Shown here in pieces: positions 25,901 to 38,500 of a stretch of DNA of 64,000 nt. Where the stretch lies: NCBI GenBank assembly GCA_040954595.2, contig CM082580.2:11856909-11920908 (forward strand), given 5' to 3'. A program made the translations under genes and the position numbers. This DNA is from Balanoglossus misakiensis (lineage: Eukaryota > Animalia > Hemichordata). A model generated the notes under the pieces. The model was not told where the DNA came from and did no database searches. It saw nothing but the letters and a program-made list of their open reading frames with translations. Positions within the stretch are counted from its first letter, which is position 1, and each line of letters starts with the position of its first letter.

Positions 25901-28900
25901 TTTCATTGCAAACAGCTTGCGTGTACATATTATTCAGAATTATTTGCGTATGACTACTCTTTGTCTAACTCGGCATCAGGTAGGGCTTGTTCTCTTCAAC
26001 TTCTTTGCCATGGTCAAAAAGCTGACAGGTTTATTGCAGTCCATTATCTTTACAGAATAATTTGATTCAATGAAATGTATTCTTAAATGGTACATAGTCT
26101 GTGTCAAAATATCACTAAAATGTAGGATATTAGAATAGAAACAAAAAATGTATTATTACTAGTAAGTGGATGAAATACTTGACATTACAAATATACATCC
26201 TGTGTTCAAGTATTCATTTCCTGTAAAATCTTTGATTTTTTTTTAAATTTACAAATCATTCATGTTCAACTTTGCACAGAAAACTTAGGGGACATTTGTG
26301 GTAACTTTACATTTTTTTCGCCTAGTATTTTTGTTCTTCCTTCTACTTGTCAAAATAGCACTAATGTGCATAATAGCAGTTATTAACTGTTAGTTAACAA
26401 ATGAATTAAAATCTAGATAACAATGCTGACTGTATGTTACGTGTACATGTAGTTGTTATTTTCAGTATGTAGAACGAAATGCTGATCATTATACTGTGAA
26501 TAGAGCCAATTTTACCGATAATAGAGCTTAAAATGAAGAAATGTCAGTGTCATGACCTTTGCTTCATTGTGGTGCAAATTCAATTGTAATCACTGTATCG
26601 TTTCAATTAATTAAAAAAACAAATTACAGTGAGATGAGTTTGAGTCGTAGAAGTGGCGTCTCTGATAGCATTTTCAATTACTTTCAAGTGCATTTTGAAA
26701 CATTGGTTAAATAATGATGTGTGGGGTGTGTGACTGTTAATTAAAGATACACTCAATATTTGACGTGATTTATGATTACCATAATTGCCATGAAATGTAC
26801 TTCGAGTGGGAGCATAAGTATACATTCAGAGATATTCTCTCTTGGTTCCAAGCAGCAATGAATGTATGCTAAGAAATCACTTCATATTGGGATTAATATA
26901 TTTTTTTCATCATTTAACAGACCAGACCAAAGCAATCTTAAACCAACTCATTTAATCCATCTAAAGCAATTGGCTTCCATAATATTACAGCCAGTTCATA
27001 CTGATTGATAGTTCTGTCACCACTGAGAAAGCAATTTGCTATATTGGTGAGCTCTCTCTCCTTGCTGGGGACCTTCCTTGGTTTACTATTCATACACAAA
27101 AAAAGATTTTGTCACAGAATGGTGGGCTACTTTCATCGAATAATGAAAATTAATACAATGTATGAAGTATTAACATGTTTGTTACGTACAAGCGTTACAT
27201 GCATGTAATTACATGCCTAATTACAATTTACATTTGACTGGAATGAAAGAGTGTGGGTTGAAAAACAACTAAAACAGTTGTAGAGATGTAGAATTTGAAA
27301 TAGCTATTCCTAAATGCTGGTTTTTGAAAAACATTATCTTGCACTGAGATGAGAAAACAACTTACATGTACGTTATTATATAGCGTGTGTTTCATCTTTA
27401 GATTTGAATCTTTTGTTACTCCTTGCAATCACGCATCAGACAGCGATGTGTTTTCACCCATATTAATTTCAATGTTTCTAACAGATAAGTTTTGCAGGCA
27501 TGAACAAAGACCCTTTCAACTGAGTTGATTGCCCAGACAGATAAATCTTGTGTATGCACCATATGTCTGCATTACTGATGCAAATTATCATGATAAATTT
27601 AGAAATTAACTGGCTATGATTTAGGAATAAGAGAAAATTGATATTTTTCTGTGATCGGTATGTTCCCAAGCTAAACAATTTGGAAGAAGTTTCATTTAAA
27701 GAGGAAATGAGATTTTCCTTGCGTTTAACATGAAAATGTTAGTGCATCAGAGAATCTTTTGATGTCATTGGTGATCATACACTTTGCATTATACTGCATG
27801 CAGACATCATTGCATATCATTTTACTGTACTAAAAAAACTGTTACGTGATACAACAGAAATAATATAGCATTTCTGTGTCTTTCAAAACTCAAGTTTTAA
27901 TTCTATAAGGACATGATATGCATGTTTGGTGTTTTGCAAACTAAGGGAGAGCTTTGACTTTATCTCCGGCCCTGAAGGCATTTATGACTGCAGTGTACCT
28001 GACAAATGAACTTTACCCCACAAGCTTTTGATGTCACAATGACACATGGAATAAAAAACATAAAATAGTTGAGTGAAGGATTTATATATTAGCTTTTTTC
28101 CCTCTGAAGCATATGCACAACAACTCTGAACTCAAACATTGAATTCAAAAGGTGGACAGTTTACAAAAGGATTTATTAGACAATGAGGTTTGACAATTGA
28201 GACTGATTTATATCAGAGAGTGGTATACATGTATGCAGGCGACCCCTTATTTTGTGCCGAAAATAAATCATGCCACACATTTTATGGCAACTCAATTCAT
28301 GATTTTGCATGAAACTCCCACTGAATTTCACAAACAATAGTCTTCACTGACTGTCACAGGTTACAGAAAAAGCTATGTTACTATTTATTAATCTATGAGG
28401 GTACTTTTTTGTTATTAATTAAAGTGAAAATTTAGAAGTGAAATTTTTTTGCCGACCTTGCTTGAAACACACATTTTCTTGTTGACATAAAGTCCTCGTA
28501 CAATGTACATGTGTACAAAAGTTCCAAAAATATACTCATGATATCCTTCATGGTTTTGAAACCTTAACACGACCAAATAACAGTTACATGTTACATTCTA
28601 TGTACTTTCTTTTTTCCCCTTCAAATTGTACACATTCAATACATAAAAGTCAGAGAGAAAATAATAAGTATGAGGTCATTTGTGATCAATAGCCTCATGG
28701 AAATCCAGCAAATACTATTATGATGATAAAGGCATTTAAATGTAGCTATTGACACAGGGAAGTGTTTCAGGATATTGACATGAATGTCGAACAAGGATCC
28801 AATATGACAAAAGCCTTTTCAGAAGTAACGTTCTATATCCTTTAATACCACAAAGACTCAACATTTTCACAGTCCTATACTCACACTCATTCAGCAATTA

Positions 28901-29543
28901 TCTATAAATACTGCACCAATGTCTAATTACTAGCGCTTATTTTGACATATATGTACAAAATGTATTTGAGGTATTCACTCTGACGTTGGTGAAATGAAAC
29001 TCCACCCAGTATATCTGGCCATGAGCGAAATAGCCATTAGAATGTCTTAAAAAAATCATTTTCCCAGTTAAGTAAAGTGCTTTGAAGGTTGGGAAATTTA
29101 CTTGCAATTTTATTGCATTATTTGAGGATTTACAAATCACAGTCACATTCTCAATTCTATCATGAAATATTTTATACGAACAGTATATGTATAAACCTGA
29201 AATTTGAGAAAATAGTATTATATTACTTCAGTGAGCTTTGCCATCAGGTATGTCTGTTTTTTATTCATACACTGTAATATGAGATCTCTTTTTTCTCTTT
29301 TCCCCATTGGCCTTTCAACAGGTGGTTTCAACAACGAATATTGTCATCTTTCATCTGTCAATCTTGTTCCTGTTGTCAGTTTGATTGGCGTGATTTCTGA
29401 TGGCCACGCTGTTATTGCCAAATCATGAAGAAGGACAAGAAACCTGATTTAAATCCTGCAACGGATTAATATCTTCTGATGACGTTATTACTGCAGTACT
29501 CCAAACTTACACGTTTTTAACCCTAAAGAACAATTTCATCAAA

Positions 29544-32500
29544 ATGACGACCGAGTACGAAGGGGTCGGTCAGACGCCGTCCGTGGGTGAGATGAAGGAC
29601 ATGTTGTCGGAGAAAGCGACTGAGCTGTTCATGCTGTGTGACAAGGAGGAGAAAGGTTTCATCACCAAGCGGGACATGCAGAGATTGGGCCGAGAACTTC
29701 CTTTGACTCCCGATCAACTTGAGGCCGTCTTCGACTCGTTGGATGATGATGGCAACGGCTATCTCACCTTGGAAGAGTTCACCGATGGCTTTGGTGAGTT
29801 GAGATTCAGAAATCTATCAAGAAAATACACAGCATTTGCTAGCACACGGCTGGCACTTACATGTAATGAGCTCATGTAGACAGATTTGCAGTTGAAATAG
29901 GATCTGGTTTGAATTTTCTGTGTGTTTTCCCGACAGGTGGGTTCCTTGGATTTGGATCACAGGAGGCAGTGGAAACAGACGGACAAAAAGATGTGTATGA
30001 AGTACAAGTTGAACAAGGAGACGTCCCAGATGATGAACCAGCGTTCCAACACGCTATGGAGAGTCTTGGAGCTAACGACTTGTTTGACGAGTAAGTTGTC
30101 CTGAAGTAGTTGTTAAAATGCACTCCCATTGTAAGGCACAAGGTTCATCATTTACAACTGTGTTGTGTCCATTATTTTTTGTGTGCATTCTAGATTCACT
30201 TGTTTGCACCGATCAGGACAGCGCCATGTACAGCATACAGACATCTGAAATAAGTTCATCATCATTTTGATAATCTGGATATCAATTGGTTGGTGCATCC
30301 TTCTCTGTTTGATAATCAAGTGGTCTGAAAGTCTGAAAGCTCATTATACAATTTTTGATGAGCATATCACATTATCCAATGAAACTGCAGGGAGTGATAA
30401 AAGTATTGCACAACTGAAATACTGCCAATTGTCGACTTATTTCAGAGCCAGTAATTTTCATTCTGTCTGTAATGTTTTCATGTGTACTGTTTTAATTTGC
30501 GGTCTGGTTTGATCACTGTTATGGGTCCTTCAGTCAGTGCACATTAATAAATGTTTAAGGATTCTTCTAATCTCATCAGAGTTTGAAATTGGCCGGGACA
30601 GTAATTATTCTATAACCATGGCAACCCAGAGAAAACTAAACCTAGTGGTTGATCACTTTGTGGATTCTGTTTTCAACAGCCAGGCCGTCTTCGGTGGCTG
30701 TGTTGAAAAGCAATTATAATCCCAAAGGATGCATCTCTAGATTGTCAACATTGCCAAAATCCATCTGCATAAAATATCAGAGCTGTAAAGTTGCATCATG
30801 TATATGTTTGCTTTTTGTCTGTGATTTGTACATGTCACATGTCACTTAAATTCCATCATGCACCCTAATTTAACCATGCACCATTGTGACAATGGAAGTG
30901 TATAAAGCATGACAGTGCAGGTTATCAGACGACAACTTGAACTTGGGGCCAATTTCAAACTCTGCTCTCATATCATTTCTCCATGTTTTCTCCTGCTCTT
31001 TCTTCCTTGGGCTGTCTGTATATTTCTTTTTTTATTCAAACTCTTTAATAGTTCTGGTCGTGGTAAACGTGGCCGGTTGCAACAATTTGAGTAAGTACTT
31101 GTTGGGCATAGGATTGTCAGACAGTTACAAGCATCCTAGATGGCAATGGTATTTGTTGTGGTTTGACATTTGATATCACCACCCATGTACAGTTTCCAGC
31201 AAAATTCTGAATTTCCAAATGCTTTGAGGCAGACTATTAATTTATATCAAAGCCTTGTGCTTGTTTTATGAATTATCTTTTTGAAGAGTGATATGTGAAG
31301 GATGCTTCTAACTTCTGATGTGCAAGTTAAATTAACTCAAAATAAGCAAGTGAATTATGAATGCACTGGTTGGCCGCATGTTAGCACTTAACACACACCA
31401 AACTTATTGTTGAAGGAAACATCCTATGTTTCCTTGTGTGCATAGCAACCACCATGAAGAGAATTGTGGGTCACTCTGCAATTGATGTCATTCTGAAATG
31501 TTGTGTTGTACTAACTGCATGGTGACAGATCTCTAGATACAGATTTCTGTCTTTGCATGGAATTGTCAATGTCTCTTGTGTGTCGTGTGCTGTGTTTCGT
31601 TTACTATATAACAGTCATAAAGTCTGTTTTGTTTGAATTCATGTGACTGCAGTTGCTTATAATCAGTTTGACCATAGAGGGCACTGTTTAAAAACGATTT
31701 GGTTTATGATGATTATGATGGTTAATTTATCTCAATACTGCCATCATCTATACAAGATTGCAAACCAGATTTGCGAAATGATGATTGGCATGGATGTAGA
31801 CTTCACTGAATAAAGCTTTTATGGTGATAGCAATGGGAGCTTCAGTGCCAAAGGAGCTATATTCTGTAGGCTCTTGAACAGATACATGCAGATCTCTTCA
31901 TTTACGTCATTTCAATGCTATGCATTATTTTCTTTCATGGCAATACAAGAGAATTTGAATAAAAAAGATGCTGGTCAATACAGATCTGATAGCGTCATGT
32001 GATTTTAATACAGCTGTCAATTTTCCAGATGAAAAAATATTACAGAATGATAAACAACGAGGAGCAGTGGTCCTGCTGACAGTAACAGATATTTTTTTGT
32101 AAAGGTCACATTTTTATGATTGGTTTGTTTGTTTGATTGACGTCGCATGGCTTTGTCCATGTTGTCGGATTATGGATTTACATTTTAATAAAAATAAACA
32201 TAAAATTCAGATTTATATGCGGGCATGCTATAAAGAATTGCAAATGTATCGGAAACAATTGGAAAATAGAATGTTTTTAAAATTGCTTTTATGTTTTAGT
32301 ACATTTATGTGTATCTGTGTCCCTGGTATATGCCAGTCTGCACAAATACCATAGATTGCTATATCCAACAAAAATGGATGAGGTTATTTCTTCTTTGCGT
32401 CACGTTTCTCTTTGACATGTTTTTATGTCACAGCAAAGTTCAGGCAGAGAATGATTGCAGTGTGTGTTTAGAGACTCGCAGGTCACATTTCACATGGATG

Positions 32501-35500
32501 GCATATTTCATATGGATTTGAATATCAAGGTGAAACATGACCTTGTCACAGATTTAGTTCACATCCCGACAGATCAAATTTGGCTTCAGGAAAAATTTAT
32601 CATTTTACATCTCAGATGCGATTAAAGCAAAATCTACAGGGTGGATTGGGTTAGATGGCAAAAGAAACAGTCGACCATCTGTTGCCACATGTACTGGTAG
32701 TTGTAACCATGGTAATTGCACTCTGACCCCATTTCATAACTCTACATTATAAACCACCCACTCAATAAATAAAAATCTCGACTCAAAAGTTCCATAACTC
32801 AGCCGCTTTACATTTTTGTTTTCTTTTAAAATTTTCATCTTCCCCTAAGTAATGTCATACAATTATCAAACATGTATTTAGTGACATTTTATTTTTTCAG
32901 GCATCATTATTTCACTTATCAACCAAAAATACCTGAATTTAAGTTGGGTTCTGGTTTTAAGCAAAACTAGGTATCTATTACTTTGAATATGGAATTTGTT
33001 TTCAAAAGTTCAATGGACAGCTGATGTAGTTGTTCTTGGGGTTCATGTAATATCAATTAAATGTCAACCCAATCACACACATACCGATGTTCTCCTAAAT
33101 GTCTACGTGGCAACTGATGGGCTGATAATACTCGCACGAAAGAAAACAGTCATAAAAATTATTCACATTTCATGCATTTTGGTCCAAAATCATCTTCTGG
33201 TTTATATTTTCATACCCCCTAAAATTCCGGAATAAAAATACCATGATTTTATCCATTCATCTGTGTCAACTCAGAGTGTTAACAACAGCTTACGATTTTA
33301 TATCTACTGTTTAAACTGCATTGTGGGATATTCACCATATGGGACCACGTTCCCATGGAAAATCTCATATTAGAAAAAAATTGAAATTAAAATACGTGTA
33401 AGTGGCACACATGGGATAATATGATACAGACAAAGAACAGCGTAGATGGAGTGTAGGGATAGTGGTGTTTAGACTGTACTGTCGCTACGAATGTTTCCGT
33501 TCAGAAGCGCTGGTAGCGTTTGCGATAGTGCCACATCATTCACTCCTTCCGTTGCTCAGATTGTGCTGGGATTGGTGCTTGTTCTGCTTGTAGTTGCTTT
33601 CGGTCAGCTTGTGAAGGATGCCGTCAGTCAAAAATGTGTAGTGGAGTATAGATGTTATCTCTGCCAGAGATGGCTGGATATTTTGCCGGGGATCTGTCAG
33701 TATTGGGAGTGTGTGGCTCATAAAAGGTAGCCATGGCAACGTAACAGTTCTCTGATGCCCTGATATCATAATGTACTTGATAACATTTTTTTCCTTCAAT
33801 GTCAATGTCATTTCTATATTTATGTAGTCACCATATTGTTTTCTCCCAGTTTATGGTGGAATTGTCACATCCTGAAGTAATGAGTGGAGTGGTCTTTTTG
33901 ATCAATTAAACCGATTAATTATGCTTCATTTAGAGAGATTATCAGAGCATCTGTACCAGAAATTGTTGAAAAGGAGGAACTAGATGCTTTAATGCATGAT
34001 GTGTGATTTAGTGTGGCAACAAACAAAATGGGATATCTGGCGAGAGTTTCTCCCTAATGGCTAAACATTTATTTTTTCTTCTCACAGTCAACAGCACATC
34101 AAAGACCTTTGGAAGAAGTTGAAGAAAGATGAACCAGACTTGCTTGGTGACTTTGAAGATTTCATCCAAAAAGTGTCAAGTGACATACGCAAAGCCAAGA
34201 TCGACAGCGACGAACTTGAGAATGCCCTCAAACAGTAAGTCATGGGAGTCCTTCGTTTTTGTCCGCAGAATAATGTGGTGGTACCCATTTCAATCAGAAA
34301 TACCAGTGGATCTTTATAGTTATCAACATTCTCTTGGTAATAAAGGGACTCCCTATACATTAGTCGAGAAGGAGATATTATTTGAGTTTGCGCACTGAGA
34401 CAATCACATCTGTCTGTACATTCATAAGTTTTAGACTCGTAACATGTCTGGGTGACTTGTGGGCAAGATTTTCAAGAGTTAGTGCAATTTCTACCGGCTA
34501 TACTTAGTGGTGGGAGTCCAGGTTTATTGATCTATCCCAATGAACATGATTAGAATAACAGTACATGTATGCATGTACCTGTATACTGCTTTGTTTGAAT
34601 GGTCACTCGAGTGCTCTGTCAACATTTAGTGTCAGGGTTGGTTTGTCCTGATAAGCTAGTTTCATGACACCTGATTGGTAACCAAGAGGAGGGGGAGGGG
34701 TGGGGGTCAAAGGTCACAGACATTGGCCCTTCTTTAATTGATTACGGGTATACAACTGTATAGTAACAGTTGTAGGTTGGTTCGGCCCTTCGCGTGGTAT
34801 GATTGAGGTCTGGTCTGGCTGGATTGACCAGTGGCTACATTCGCTGTCAAGCTGAAATGACGAACCCTGCCTAGTCAACTAAGCCTTTTCTGGGAGATTC
34901 TGAACTCACTTTTGGTATCAGGTGCTTTAATCCTTTTCCAGTTTTCTAGATACATGTATGTTGCACTTTCTTTCAGGTTGATTTTGAATGGTGTTGAATA
35001 TTGTGTGTTGTTCATTGGGTTCCCTGGGGCTGTGTTATTCCTAATAGCCATGTCCAGTAGCGCTGCATTGTTCACTGCGACAGAATACTAATTGTTCTGC
35101 TCCATTGAACCCAGAGAATTACACTTACATGTTAATCTGTCCACTGCTTTTTAACAACCAACCAAGACAAAAATGTAAAGACCATCAGCAACCTAAGTGT
35201 TTTGGCTTCCAGTCTCCTGACTGTTCGTTTCTGCATTTTGAAAATCATGTACGTCTTTAACACGAGGAAGATCTGCTTGATATAGTAATATAGTGGGGTT
35301 TTCTTTAAACACATGAGGTTTCAAACTTTTACACACTTCTTGATGAAAGAAAACACCACGCTCCATCAACCCCTATTTATTCACCCTGTTGCTTTATTCT
35401 CCATTTCCAAGGATACAAATCCAAAGAGTTCTAGCACAAGGGAACATCATGAATAATTCACATCAGTTCTTGCTATCTTCTGCTGTTTGTAAGTTCAGAA

Positions 35501-38500
35501 CATAATGTACTACTGGTAAATAGGGGTTTTCAAATTTAATGATCATTGCAATCTCTTTTCAGGAAGACTTTTAGCAGGACAGTTAATTTTTATGCCTTTG
35601 CAATTTATGAGATACCTGCCTTAAAATTCGTTTTCAGTCAATTGTGTGATTCTACTAAAGTATTTGACAGCCACTGCTTGGCTCTTTTTAATTGCTTTAG
35701 ACTCAGCCTTGTTTACCATCAGAATTTACATTACTGGCCATGCTAGTGTAAACTGTTGAAATATTTGCACAAAGAGGGACTTAAATCAAATAACTTGAAG
35801 GCTGACATGAAGTGAATCTTAGTGACCCTGTCACAAGGACTTTTTTGTTAAGCATAAAATTTTGTCAATTTTCATAAATTTCTGTCCTCTTTTATGTTTC
35901 ACATACCTCTATGTCCAACATTCTAACTTTGTGCTGTAAAAGACTAATATGTTTTGGATGTTGATTTGTGTCTGTGCTTGCATAGCAATCTAGCTATGTC
36001 GATTACATATCTTTGCTACAAGATAAACAGTGCTTATTTGTTGTAAGGTACTTCATACCATATTGACATTCATTTAGGTTTAGCCAATACAAGATGGTCA
36101 ATTTATTATACCTCAATATGTCTCAGCTTGTCGGTTTATCCATAGACCCTGGAGTAGCCTATGGTTTTTACAACTACTCTGTAACATGTGTATTCTTGTG
36201 ATCTTTTCCCAGCAAAGCATACGCACATGACGAAGAGGTCCGGAAATTGTATGAAGAGATGGAACACCAAATCAAAGCTGAGAGGGAAAGAATATTAAAT
36301 GAGGTAGCTCTGATTTTTTACATTTTTCTGCGATTTTAATTACAGTGTCTTCTGGGAATGAACATTATTTCATAATTTTGATGTGCGTGTCTCACTGGTC
36401 ACCAAAGGATTAAAGAAAATCTGCTGAATAGTTTTAGTGCTGATTGATTTACAGTTTATGTATTTTCCATTTGATGTGAAAATGTTGTTTTCTTCGTTTT
36501 TTTCAGGAAAAAGAGAAAGAAAGAAAGATGAGGGAAGAAATGGCTCAAGAAATCTTACAAAAAGATCAACAGCTTCAAGATCTCTTACAGCGACAATCAG
36601 ATGTGAGTTTTGACTTTTTAAATTGTTGACATTGATCTGTTTATTGTGCTGTCTGTGACTGTCTCCATTGCACATGGAGGATGGTGCAGAGAGAAATGTT
36701 CCTTTCTTCTGATCTGCAGTTGACCTTAAAGGTCACACATCCTGGTCCTTTCAGAGAGCAGACAGTCTTTAAACCACCTGTTGATTCCAGACAAGAAATT
36801 TCCAGGTGTAAATGGTTTAGTCTGTTATACCATAGTCTTTCTGATTGGTCACAAGTCCTGCATCCCAGGTGTACATAATTTACAGCATGAATATGTGTAA
36901 CACCAATTCAACCTTGCCTATTTTTAGCTTTTTTCACACTTCTTTTGTTTATATTTGGCAGCTGGAGTCCAAAATAGAGCACATGACAGTAAACCAGCAA
37001 GAGATCACCACAGAAAACGACATGTTAGCTAAGGTGAGTCTTATGCCAACTTATTTGCTCTCTTATGAGTTGACAACTGTGTCGTTTCTTGAAAAATAAT
37101 TTTGAACTCTGGCTGCAGTCAGTCACACAATCATGTGATTTATTTACAATCCGTTTTATCGTCTGCTTGTCTTTGCAGGTCAATTTTGAGTTAGAAGATA
37201 AACTGAAAGACACCAGTATGAGTCTGCAGGAGTCAAAGCAGTATTTGAAGGAAATCCAGGAAAAAGCAATGAGGGAAAAACGGGAACGAGCACAGTAAGT
37301 GCAATCCATTCCCTGTCATTATGAAAATATCCCCGGAGCAAGAAATGAGAACTACTAATACAGAAGTTGTGTCTGTGTTTTTCTTTCAGTGCATCTCTTC
37401 GAGTTACAGAAGGAATTTCAAGAGAGAGAGAAAGTTTGGTCAAACAGCTGGACATCCTCAGGTAAGTCAGTCCTGTAGCTGATGTACACAGCTGAGTGTT
37501 TTGTTTTGTGGAACTGACTGAAAAATTTCTATATCGCAAGGCCTGCATTCTGTTGATTGGTGATAAACATTAAATATACTCTAATTGCCATTGCCATATT
37601 TATGTTAATTTAGAGACATGAACAAGAAATTACGAGATGAAAAGGATATGCACGAAGCAGCAAGACAGGTAAGATTCATCAAAGTCAAGCCATCCTTTTT
37701 CACTGACAGATACCTGAGATTTCACCAGTAGTTAATTCCATCCTCACCAAGTTTTGATAATTTCATCAAACATTAATAGTGAAGTCTAGACACTTGAATT
37801 GTTCTACAAATCTTTCAAAACTAAACAAAACAACATAGATTCCTCTGGTTTTATACTCATTATAAAATGCACTTTTCAAGTTGTTTTTCAGTAACAGCCC
37901 ATGATTGCACTGCATTATATTTTGATGATTTTAAACTCAACTTCCGATTGGCGCAGTGGTTGCCATTTGATTCTTCAAATTAACATAATCTATATTAATT
38001 TATGAGTAATACAAAACCAATATCACTTGTCCAGTTTTACTTACAACTAACCCCCAGACTATGTTTATAGCTGGAAACAAATCTAGATACACACCAAAAA
38101 ATTGCTATGTAACTAACATATGAATGCAAGAATCTTTGGATTGACTCTGTTTATGCTCATTGCTTTTTTCATGCTGTATTGATATGTACATGAATGTCTT
38201 ATTCTCAAGCTCTATTTTTTTCATTTTTAAAAAATAATCTCAGCCAATGCAGGCTTCCGAGGTGACCTGACTATTTTTCTATGGGTGTATGCATGTGCAG
38301 TGTGTATACAATGTAGTGTTGCTTGGCTAGACCAGTGTTGCTTGCAGTACAGTCTATTTTGCATGATAAGTATCACTATACAAGCTGTACATTGTTTCAG
38401 ATTTTTTTGCCATATACCCCAGTGTGGGGTAGCCCGTCAGTTTGGTTTTCAAAGGTTTTTTTGATCCAATTCCAGAAAATGGGAATCATTCGGCCTAATT

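Noticed and set aside
30203-30225. REST/RE1-like site (TTTGCACC-N5-GGACAGCGCC)
   Set aside because: Only the right half-site is good; the left half and spacer are non-canonical, and REST presence in this animal is unknown.
30909-31094. 61-aa ORF with an apparent transmembrane segment
   Set aside because: The hydrophobic stretch is the translated polypyrimidine tract of the 31052-31090 cassette exon.
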